A stretch of 64,000 bases of DNA from Mobula hypostoma (Eukaryota): assembly GCF_963921235.1 (NCBI RefSeq), contig NC_086101.1:2730001-2794000 (forward strand), read 5' to 3'. Positions within the stretch are counted from its first letter, which is position 1; the number at the start of each line of letters is the position of its first letter. The notes below the pieces were generated by a model, which made no database searches, was not told the DNA's origin, and saw nothing but the letters and a program-made list of their open reading frames with translations. Below are positions 52,601 to 61,282 of this stretch, piece by piece. The translations under genes were made by a program, and so were the position numbers.

Positions 52601-55600
52601 GGAGAGAGAATTAAAAACATTCAGAGATGCAAAAGAGCAAAACAGACCTTGTGCAGGATTCTCGCCTGCTATAGGGAGGATGTGGAAGCATTGGAAAGGG
52701 TACAGAGGAGATTTACCAGGATGCTGCCTGGTTCAGAGGATATGCATTATGATCAGAGATTAAGGGAGCTAGGGCTTTACTCTTTGGAGAGAAGGAGGAT
52801 GAGAGGAGACATGATAGAGGTGTACAAGATAATAAGAGGAATAGATAGGGTGGATAGCCAGCGCCTCTTCCCCAGGGCACCACTGCTCAATACAAGAGGA
52901 CATGGCTTTAAGGTAAGGGGTGGGAAGTTCAAGGGGGATATTAGAGGAATGTTTTTTACTCAGAGAGTGGTTGGTACGTGGAATGCACTGCCTGAGTCAG
53001 TGGTGGAGGCAGATACACTAGTGAAGTTTAAGAGACTACTACACAGGTGTATGGAGTTATTTAAGTTGAGGGGATATATGGGAGGCAGGGTTTGAGGGTC
53101 GAAGGGCCAGTAATATTCTATGTACTATGTTCTAAGATTCCCTAAAAGTTAGCTTGTAGGTTGAATCGGTGGTAATTAAGGGATATGCTGTGTTAACATT
53201 TATTTGGAGAGAACGAGAATGTAAGAGATGTACTGCTGCAGCTTTTATATAACACGTTGGTCAGGCCGCGCTTAGACTATGGTCAGCAGTGTTATCTGAG
53301 GAATGATAGAGAGAGTGAAGGTATGGACAGCGTTTGAGGGCTCTGCATTTTTACTGGGAGTTTAGAAGAATGAGAGTGAAACTGGTTGAAACCTATCAAA
53401 TTTGAAAAGTCTAGATAGGGTGGCTGTGGAGAGGATGTTCCCAATAGTAGCTGAGTCTAGGACCAGGCCACGGCCGAAGATTAGAGGGGAAGAGCTGCGG
53501 TGAGGAGGAATTTATTGAATCACAAGGTGGCGAATATGTGGAAAACATTGTCACAGAGCCCAAGTCATTGCGTGTATTGAAAGTGGAGTTTGACAGGTTC
53601 ATGATTAGTCAGGACGTGAAAGGTTACTTAGCGACGACAGGTGAATGTGGTTCAGATGGACAATAAATCAGTAACAGCAGAGCAGACCCGTTGGGCCGAA
53701 TGGCATAATTCTGGTCTGAACAGGAGCCCACTGTGGGTGGAAGTCGGCATGGATCCCGTCACTGAATGAGAGGTCAGAGGGGTAATGCGGCGCTGGGCCC
53801 TGTTTCAGTAAACGTCTTGGCCCTTCCAGGGGACGCACATCATTCCGTCGCTGACGTCGGTGATGCGGGATAAGTCGCAGTGGGAGAGACCGGAGGAGTT
53901 CCACCCGGCCCACTTTCTGGACGGAGAGGGCAAATTTGTCCGGAGGGAAGCCTTCATCCCTTTCTCCGCAGGTGAGGCCTGGGATGGGAAGGTGTTTGAA
54001 GGTCAACACACCCTGGCGGTCATTGGGTTCAGACCCGGGGATGGGGCGGAGAATTTCCCCCAGGTTCGGACCTGAGGATGGTGGGGGAGGCGTCAATGTG
54101 GGTCGCCCAGGTCGGTGATGAGAGGTCGAACACAACAATTGTGTGGAGTGAAGGTATGGAGTGAACTCATACCAAAGCCCTAAACTGTTATAAGCTTGAA
54201 TATTTATTGAATTTACTTTTATTTAGAGATACCGAGTGGAATAGGCCCTTCCGCCCCAATATCTTGCACCCCATCACTTTACCCTTAACGTAATCACGGG
54301 AGAAATTTACAATGACTCATTAACCTCGGAGGAAGCAGACAGGGAGAATGTGCAAACTCTCTCATAGAGGTCGGCAGAATTGAACACTCGACTCTGCTAC
54401 CTCGAGTTGAAACAGCATCACGCTAAACGCTCCAGTACCGTGGCTTGGAACCATCCACGGCGGAGTTATAGACAATCAGATTCGTTTCCCCGAGGTAGAA
54501 ATGTCAAACAACAGACGAAATACCTTTAAATTCGGCAGGGTGGGGTGGGGGGCGGCGGAGCTTGGAGCTTCGGGACGATTTGAAAGGCAGGTTTTACACA
54601 CAGAGAGCGATAGGCGCCTGTAAGGGGTGACCAGGTGTGGAAGCCGGCAGCTTAGCGGAGTTCGAGGGGATTTTAGACACGTGAACAGGAAGGAAAGGGA
54701 GGGGTATGGATGATACGCAGAATGAGAGCTTTTAGTGTAAATTGGCTCTAGAATCGGTTCAACCGCGCGGGCCGAATGGCCTGCAGTGCTTTACTGTGTC
54801 TGTTCTGTGTTTTCACCTGAGAGTGGGGGTGGGTGGTTTATTCCCCCACCGTTGGGGCACTCCGATTCCATCACCACTTCCGACCTGTCTCTGTGGGGTT
54901 TGTGAGTTCTCACTGTGACTCTGCGGGTTCCCCATCGGTGCTCCAATTCTCCCCCACATCCAGAGACAAGGGGAGCGGCGGTGAATCGGTCGCTGTGAAT
55001 TGACTGTCCTGTGTGTAGGTGAGGGGTGGTTGCTGGGGAGAATGAATGGGATCGATGTAAGATTGGTGTGGGTGGGTGGGTGGGCACGGACCCAGTGGGC
55101 CGAAAGTCCTCCTTCTTCTCTCCCTATCGCTCTCTATCTTCATCTCCCTATATCCGAATCAAGCCGTCTCCATCGCCACCTCTATCCTCCCCCCCCCTTC
55201 AATCCCACTCCCTCGCCCGCTCCCAGTCCGTCTCGCTCTTCTATCTCCCTCTTCATCTCCAATTCTCAGTCTCTTACTTCCCAACACTATCTCCATATTA
55301 TTAAGAATATTAATAATAAGAAGAAGGTTATTAAGAAGGCAAACGGAATGTTGGCCATTGCTAGAGGGATTGAATTCACGAGCAGGGAGGTCATGCTGCA
55401 ACTGTACAGGGTACTGGTGAGGCCGCATCTGGAGTACTGTGTGCAGTTCTGGTCTCCTTACTTGAGGAAGGATATACTGGCTTTGGAGGCAGTGCAGAAG
55501 AGGTTCACCAGGTTGATTCCAGAGATGAGGGGGTTAGACTGTGAGGAGAGATTGAGTCACCTGGGACTATACTCTCTGGAATTCAGAAGAATGAGAGGGG

Positions 55601-56343
55601 ATCTTAGAGAAACATACTAAATTTTGAAAGGGATAGATCAAATAGAAGTAGGAAAGTTGTTTCCATTGGTAGATGAGACTAGAACTAGGAGACATTGCCT
55701 CAAGATTCAGGGGAGAAGATTTAGGACGGAGATGAGGAGAAACTGTTTTTCCCAGAGAGTGGTGAATCTGTGGAATTCTCTGCCCAGGGAAGCAGTTGAG
55801 GCTTCCTCACTAAATATATTTAAGAAACAGTTAGATAGATTTTTACATAGTAAGGGAATTAAGGGTTATGAGGAAAGGGCAGGTAGGTGGAATTGAGTTT
55901 ACCGATAGATCAGCCATGATCTTATTGAATGGCGGGGCAGACTCGATGGGCCGGATGGCCTACTCCTGCTCCTATTTCTTATGTTTTATATCCCTCTCCT
56001 TCTCACTCCCCATCACTCCCTCTCTCTGTCCATCTTCCCTCTTTCGCTCTCTCTTCCTACCACTCGATCTCAGTCTCTGTCGTGTACTCTTTCTGCCTCT
56101 CTCTCTCTCTCTCTCTCTCTCTCAGATTGGCTCAGTGTTTGACCGGCCCATATCTGTCCACCAGGCCGCAGATCCTGTGCGGGGGAGAGCCTGGCCAAGG
56201 CAGAGTTGTTCCTTTTCTTCTGCGCCCTCCTGCAGACCTTCTCCTTCCGAGTGCCGGCGGGGGCGAAGGCCCCGGACCTCACCGCCCGCGTGGGTGTCAC
56301 CCTCAGCCCGCAGCCCCACGAGATCTGCGCCGTCCTCCGCTGA
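18361..56343 (+). CDS. CYP2: Cytochrome P450 family 2 gene, 9 exons: join(18361..18561,19183..19345,28319..28468,38585..38745,45273..45446,49059..49200,52286..52473,53830..53971,56165..56343), 499 aa; most like the CYP2K/2AC/2W group (subfamily not certain)
   Basis: Manually spliced: all introns GT..AG, phases 0,1,1,0,0,1,0,1 and exon sizes 163/150/161/174/142/188/142 match the canonical CYP2 structure; 1500 nt with no stop or frameshift. N-terminal TM anchor, PPGP hinge, [33 protein letters not shown], heme motif FSAGRRSCAG. Confidence 0.96.
18600..19690 (+). mobile_element. Cluster of V-SINE/HE1-like SINE fragments in introns 1 and 2 (about 18600-18745, 18790-18990, 19405-19690)
   Basis: GACCCGGGTTCGATTCCG...TGTGGAGTTTGCACGT, GCGTGGG..CTCCGGG..CCGTTTCCTCCC and TAATTGGCCATTGTAAGTTGCCC motifs; similar copies at about 16540, 28560, 49800(-), 51150(-), 54220(-), 54870. 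Confidence 0.65.
19183..19345 (+). CDS. CYP2: CYP2 exon 2 (163 nt)
   Basis: [14 protein letters not shown]...[15 protein letters not shown]...NHG; acceptor ttccaag|, donor G|gtgagt. Confidence 0.95.
20009..23626 (+). mobile_element. CR1 LINE ORF2 (APE to 3' tail), frameshifted, in CYP2 intron 2
   Basis: ORFs 20009, 21075, 21889 and 22666 tile APE and RT; tail (TTCTATGG). Confidence 0.92.
20529..21157 (+). mobile_element. Young family A CR1 3' fragment nested in the above
   Basis: Nearly identical to 783-1412; GAAATA duplicated at 20523-20528 and 21158-21163. Confidence 0.92.
23900..28130. mobile_element. Old degenerate CR1 copies (minus 23900-25898, plus 25899-28130) with a nested younger CR1 3' end at 24646-25107 (+)
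   Basis: Fragmentary RT/APE ORFs; the nested piece has a (TATTGTC) tail and an ATCA duplication. Confidence 0.8.
28319..28468 (+). CDS. CYP2: CYP2 exon 3 (150 nt)
   Basis: [38 protein letters not shown]...; acceptor ctccacag|, donor G|gtcagg. Confidence 0.96.
28693..32420 (-). mobile_element. CR1 LINE (family E) ORF2 and 3' end, interrupted by a solo LTR and a family A fragment (30750-31430, minus)
   Basis: ORFs 29611..30804, 30839..31432, 31701..32528; host sequence resumes across both insertions. Confidence 0.9.
28880..29746 (-). mobile_element. Solo LTR (Gypsy-like), 867 bp
   Basis: TGTTACG...CGTCACA termini; exact 4-bp TSD GCAC (28876-79 and 29747-50); AATAAA on the minus strand near 28965. 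Confidence 0.9.
33058..34870 (+). mobile_element. 5'-truncated CR1 LINE (family F), RT with a few stops
   Basis: ORFs 33059, 33383 and 33695..34609; tail (TCTTATGG). Confidence 0.92.
36020..37850 (-). mobile_element. Old degenerate CR1
   Basis: Fragments [36 protein letters not shown]. Confidence 0.78.
38585..38745 (+). CDS. CYP2: CYP2 exon 4 (161 nt)
   Basis: [31 protein letters not shown]...SPLVQ; long pyrimidine tract then ccag|, donor CAG|gtgagg. Confidence 0.96.
39430..44712 (-). mobile_element. CR1 3' fragment (family C; 39430-40127 and 44489-44712) split by the full-length element below
   Basis: ORF 39511..40170 and YADDTKIGG in 44513..44848; ...CTATGCACCA|TTATTCCTAG... rejoins seamlessly. 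Confidence 0.88.
40128..44488 (+). mobile_element. Full-length family A CR1 LINE (about 4.36 kb) in CYP2 intron 4, sense orientation, a few disabling mutations
   Basis: CpG-rich 5' UTR; ORF1 (CSRC..CAKC, VIGDS, HIGTND, DGLH) broken by two stops; ORF2 41374..43656 (760 aa APE+RT) then stop and frameshifts; TTTCTATG tail. Confidence 0.95.
44715..45207 (+). repeat. C-rich degenerate minisatellite, unit about 24 bp (CCCGACCCCCAACCCCTNCCCTAT)
   Basis: Direct reading; related units also at about 39360-39430 on the other side of the LINE insertions. Confidence 0.9.
45273..45446 (+). CDS. CYP2: CYP2 exon 5 (174 nt; correct frame not in ORF track)
   Basis: [24 protein letters not shown]...[14 protein letters not shown]; acceptor ctgcag|, donor GAG|gtaaaa. 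Confidence 0.93.
45926..46238 (+). mobile_element. Full tRNA-derived SINE nested in a minus-strand Rex1 3' fragment (45775-46595)
   Basis: TGGCCAAGTGG and GAGTTCGAGCC boxes; ATATT(G) duplication; TA-rich tail. Confidence 0.88.
47375..47812 (+). mobile_element. Family E CR1 3' fragment
   Basis: Matches the reverse of 28700-28875 plus 29750-30005 and matches 52660-53130. Confidence 0.88.
49059..49200 (+). CDS. CYP2: CYP2 exon 6 (142 nt, I-helix)
   Basis: [32 protein letters not shown]...PEIQ; acceptor ttccccag|, donor A|gtgagg. Confidence 0.97.
49310..49710 (+). repeat. (CT)n/(CTGT) compound microsatellite about 110 nt downstream of exon 6
   Basis: Direct reading. Confidence 0.97.
51236..51495 (-). 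mobile_element. Third copy of the tRNA-derived SINE (head partly deleted), nested in a V-SINE-like element
   Basis: Matches 3098-3404. Confidence 0.82.
52286..52473 (+). CDS. CYP2: CYP2 exon 7 (188 nt, K-helix ExxR)
   Basis: [11 protein letters not shown]...[24 protein letters not shown]...FRGFLIPK; acceptor ctccag|, donor AAG|gtgcga. Confidence 0.97.
52660..53135 (+). mobile_element. Family E CR1 3' fragment in intron 7
   Basis: C-terminus of ORF 52490..53095 nearly identical to the 29611 ORF. Confidence 0.88.
53830..53971 (+). CDS. CYP2: CYP2 exon 8 (142 nt)
   Basis: [14 protein letters not shown]...[19 protein letters not shown]...AFIPFSAG; acceptor cttccag|, donor G|gtgagg. Confidence 0.97.
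55316..55988 (+). mobile_element. CR1 3' fragment in intron 8
   Basis: [39 protein letters not shown]. Confidence 0.88.
56165..56343 (+). CDS. CYP2: CYP2 exon 9 (heme Cys, stop)
   Basis: [28 protein letters not shown]...[12 protein letters not shown]; acceptor ccaccag|; TGA at 56341-56343. Confidence 0.96.
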
Positions 56344-57028
56344 CCCGCCACTCCGGGTGGGAGGAGGGCCCCGGCGGTAAAAAGGCACCGGGCCGCCCGG
56401 CCGGAATTCCAACTGCGCCGAATGGATTGGGCACGGGTGCGGTGGGTTGGGGTTGCGCTGGGGATTAGGGGAACCGTGACAGTAAACGAGAGCGCCGAGA
56501 CAGGGGTGAGGAGTTGGGGAGGAGGGGTTGGGGAGTGGGTTTGGAGGGGTGGGGAGCAGTGGGATCAAGGGGGGGGGGGTGGGGAGGGGAGAGGGCGGTT
56601 TTGGAAGCGAGGATGGGGCAAAGGGAGAGAGGGCGGGGGGAGCGTAGATGTGGGATGTTTGTGGGAGGAAATAAGGAATGAATAGGGATAGAAGTGGGAA
56701 GCAGGGAAAGAGAGTGGGAGAACTGGGCGGAGGGTGGGGGAACGGGATGGAGGGTGAGGTTAGATGATGGGGAGAGCGGGGATAGGGCGTGTGGGATAGA
56801 AGAGCGTGGTAGTGTCAGGCCGGGTGGTGTGGTGTGGTGTGATTACGGAGGGGTGTGTGTGGGAGTGTTGTGGATGAGGCAGGGTAACGGCGGGGTTTGG
56901 GTTTGCGGTATGGGTAGGCGTGAAGGTTGGGATTTGGTGATTGGGGTACGGATGGGGGCGGGTAACGGTGCTGCTGGTGGCGGGGAAGTTTTCTTTTACT
57001 AATAACACTAGTTCCCACATCAAATCCA

Positions 57029-57034
57029 AATAAA
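57029..57034 (+). terminator. Candidate polyadenylation signal of the CYP2 gene
   Basis: First AATAAA seen after the stop codon, at the end of a G-rich stretch. Confidence 0.4.
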
Positions 57035-57574
57035 ACAGAACAGTGTGGAAACACTCAGCGAGATGTGAAGCGTCTTTGAGGAAAGAACCCAACAACAGGG
57101 ACGTGTCGCATCACACACCGGCAGTGCGAGGGTATTAGTCTTTATACTTTATACTTTATTGTCGCCAAACAATTGGTACTGGAACGTACAATCATCATAG
57201 TGATGTTTGATTCTGCGCTTCACACTCCCTGGATGACAAATATTAAATATTATAAATATTACAAAATAGTTAAAATTAGTAAATATTAAAAATTTAAATT
57301 ATAAATCATAAATAGAAAAATGGGAAGTAAGGTAGTGCAAAAAAACCAAGAGGCAGGTCCGGATATTTGGAGGCTACGGCCCAGATCCGGGTCAGGATCC
57401 GGGTCTGAAGGAGAGCGGGAGGGAATACCTCCGATTGGGTGGGACCGGGTTGCCATGGTGATGTCCAACTAGACGGGGGGGGGGGGTGTACAGCTGACGT
57501 TTCGGGCTGAGACCCTTCGTCAGGACTCCTTTTGATGCTGGCTGACCTGCTGCGTTCCGCCAGCATTTTGTGTC

Positions 57575-60525
57575 TATAATTAGGGGCTCAGGCAGGTGAT
57601 TCTGTGGATGAAGGAATGAAACACGGATGATAGTTTGCTTACCCGGTGCCAGGGTCCGGGCTGTTTCTGATCGCGTCCTGAAGTGGGAAGGTGAACAGCC
57701 AGAAGCCGTAGAGTCCATATTGGTACCAATGACATCGGTCCTGAAAACAGACTACAGGGAGTTAGGAAGGAAGCTGAGAAGCAGGACCGTAGAGGTAGTA
57801 ATCTCAGGATTACTGACTGTGCGACGTGACAGGGAGTATAGGAATAGAATGAGGTGGAGGATAAAATGAGTGGCTGAGGGATTGGAGCAGGGGACAGGGC
57901 TTCAGATTTCTGGATCATTGGGACCTCTTTCGGGGCATGATGATGATGCTGATGATGATAATGATGATGATGTTGTTGATGATGATGATGATGATAATGA
58001 TGATGATGCTGATGATGATAATAATGATGATGATGATGATGATGACGACGATGTCGTCTCAGGTCTGAGAGGCCAGCGTCAGGCATTTTCATGCTTTACA
58101 AGGCGCGGATCGGAAGGCTGTGTGGGGCGCCACTCTTTGCATTATTTTACGAGACCGAGTTGCGAGCTCGACATCAACCCGGCCCAGATGGAAAGCGCGC
58201 TCGGGGCCGGTCTGTCACTGGATTGAACTCGGGAACCTCCGTTCTCGAGCCCGGCGCTGATCTCACTGCGCCACCAGCCGACCAGCAATTCATCATCATC
58301 ATCATCACCATCACCATCATTCGGGCAGGAGTGACCTGTACAAACAGGACGGGTTAGGGGCTCACTTGAATCCAAGGGGAACCAATATCCTGGCAGGGAG
58401 GTTTGCTAAGGGTAATTTAAACCAGAATTGCTGGGGTTTGGGAACTGAACTGAAGAGACGGAGGAAGGGGCGATTGGCTTACAAATAGACAAAGCTTGTA
58501 GGCAGTGTGAGAGGGAGAAAAGGCAGGTGACAGAGAAGGGCTGCGTTCAGACTGATAGTTTGAGATGAGTCCATTTTATCGCAAGAAGCATTATAGAAAC
58601 AGAGAAACATAGAAAACCTACAGCACAATATAGGCCCTTCGGCCCATGATGCTGTGCTGAACATGCAGTTACTTTAGAAATTACCTGAAGTTACCCATAG
58701 CCCTCTGTTCTTCTAAGCTCCATGTACCTATGCAGGAGTCTCTTAAAAGACCCTATCGTATCCGCCTCCACCACCGTCACCAGCAGCCCATTCCACGCAC
58801 TCACCACGCTCTGCTTAAAAAACTTACCCCTCACATCTCCTCTGTACCTAATTCCAAGCACCTTAAAACTGTGCCCTCTCGTGTTAGCCATTTCAGCCCT
58901 GGGGAAAAGCCTCTAACTATCCACACGATCAATGCCTCATGAACAAAGCGGATGAGCTCAGAACGGGGATCAGTACTTGGAGCTATGATGTTGTGGTCAT
59001 TACAGAGACTTGGATGGTTCAGGGGAAGGAATGGTTACTTAGAGTGCCAGGCTTTAGATGTTTCAGAAAGGACAGGGAGGGAGGCAAAAGAGGTGGGGGG
59101 CATGGCACTGTTGATCAGAGATAGTGTCACGGCTGTGGAAAAGGAGGAAGTCATGGACGGATTGTCTACGGAGTCTCTGTGGGTGGAACTTAGGAACAGG
59201 AAGGGGCTAATAACTCTACTGGGTGTTTTCTATAGAACACCCAATAATAACAGGGACATTGAGGTACAGATAGGGAGACAGATTCTGGAAATGTGTGATA
59301 ATAACAGGGTCGTGGTGGTGGGAGATTTAAATTTCCCAAATATTAATTGGCATCTTCCCAGGGCAAGGAGTATAGATGGGGTGGAGTTTGTTAGGTGTGT
59401 TCAGGAAGGTTTCTTGACGCAGTATGTAGATAAGCCTGCAAGAGGAGAGGGTGTACTTGATCTGGTATTGGGAAATGAACCTGGTCAGGTGTCAGGTCTC
59501 TCAGTGGGAGAGCATTTTGGAGACATTGATCACAACCTTTACCATAGAATTGGAGAGAGATAGGAGCAGACAAGATAGGGAAACGTTTAATTGGAGTAAG
59601 GGGAAATATGAAGCTATCAGGCAGGAATTTGGAGGCATAAATTGGGAACAAATGTTCTCAGGGAAATGTATGGCAAAAATGTGGCAAATGTTCAGGGGAT
59701 ATTTGCGTGATGTTCTGCATAGGTACATTCCAATGAGTCAGGGAAAGGATGGTAGGGTACAGGAACAGTAGTGTATCATCATCATAGCTTGTCAGACCAG
59801 AGAGCCAGCCACTCTAGTGTTGTTTGGTTGATGTTGAGCAGGTCAGTGTCAGCTAAATCAGGTGAGAGTGGGCAGTTGCACAGAACGTTTTGCATAGTAA
59901 AACGTTTCTGCATAGGTAAGTTCCAATGAGACAGGGAAAGGATGGCAGGGTACAGGAACATTAGTGTACAAAGTCTGTTGAAAATCTAGTCAAGGAGAAA
60001 AGAAAAGCTTATGAAAGGTTCAAAAAACTAGGCAATGATAGATCTAGAAAATTATAAGGCTAGCAGGAAGGAGCTTAAGAATGAAAGTAGGAGAAGGGGC
60101 CATGAGAAGGCCTTGGTGAATAGGATTAAAAAAAACCCCAAGGCATTCTACTAGTATGTGAAGAGCAAGAGGGTAAGACATGAGAGAATAGGTCAAGTGT
60201 GACAGTGGAAAAGTGTATATGGAACCGGAGGAGATAGCAGAGGTATCTAGTGAGTACTTTGCTTCAGTATTCACCACGGAAGAGGACCTTGACAATTGTA
60301 GAGATGACTTAAAGTGGACCTAAAAGCTTGAGCATGTGGACATTAAGAAAGAGGATGTGCTAGAGCTTCTGATCCTCTGGTGATGATCTTTGCATCATCA
60401 ATGGGGGCGGAAGAGGTTCGGAGGATTGGAGGGTTGCGGATGTTGTTACCTTACTCAAAAAAGGGCGTAGGGATAGCCCAGGAAATTATAGACCAGTGAG
60501 TCTTACTTCAGTGGTTGGTAAGTTG
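57575..60525 (+). mobile_element. Degenerate CR1 (ORF1 esterase end, APE, start of RT) carrying several nested insertions
   Basis: [33 protein letters not shown]; nested minus CR1 3' end at about 58590-58940. Confidence 0.85.
57937..58320 (-). mobile_element. tRNA-derived SINE with long (ATC)n tail and an inverted microsatellite at its head
   Basis: Minus strand head GGCTGGTGGCGCAGTG...GAGTTCAATCC; flanked by TCGGG(G)CA duplication. Confidence 0.75.
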
Positions 60526-60564
60526 AAGTCCAGACCAAAAGCTGAGGATAAAGCAGAAGGTACG

Positions 60565-61282
60565 TCAGAATCAGAATCAGAATCAGGTTTATTATCACGG
60601 GCATGTGACGTGAAATTTGTTAACGTAGCAGCAGCAGTTCAATGCAATACAGAGAGAAGAGAGAGAAATGCAGGCTTCTGTACCTCCTAGCTGATGGTAA
60701 CAGTGAGAAAAGGGCATGCCCTGGGTGCTGAAGGTCCTTAATAATGGGCGCTGCCTTTCTGAGACACCGCTTCCTAAAGATGCCCTGGGTACTTTGTAGG
60801 CTGGTGCCCAAGATGGAGCTGACTAGATTTACAACCTTCTGCAGCTTCTTTCAGTCCTGTGCAGTAGCCCCTCCATACCAGACAGTGATGCAGCCTGTCA
60901 GAATGCTCTCCAGGGTACAACTATAGAAGCTTTTGAGTTTATTTATTGACATGCCAAAACTCTTCAAACTCCTAATAAAGTATAGCCGCTGTCTTATCTT
61001 CTTTGTGACTACATCGATATGTTGGGACCATGTTAGCTCTTCAGAGATCTTGAAGCTGCTCACTCCCTCTACTTCTGATCCCTCTATGAGGATTGGTATG
61101 TGTTCCTTCGTCTTGCCCTTCCTGAAGTCCACAATCAGCTCTTTCGTCTTACTGACGTTGAGTGCCAGGTTGTTGCTGTGACACCACTCCACTAGTTGGC
61201 ACATCTCACTCCTGTAGGCCCTCTCATCACCACCTGAGATTCTACCAACAATAGTTGTATCATCAGCAAATTTGTAGATGAA
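60565..61282 (-). mobile_element. Rex1/Babar-type LINE 3' portion with (CTGATT)n tail
   Basis: IYKFADDTTIVGRI..LALNVSKTKELIVDFRK..CITVWYG. Confidence 0.88.

Noticed and set aside
57580..58226. Poly-His and poly-Asp ORFs
   Set aside because: Translations of the SINE (GAT)n tail
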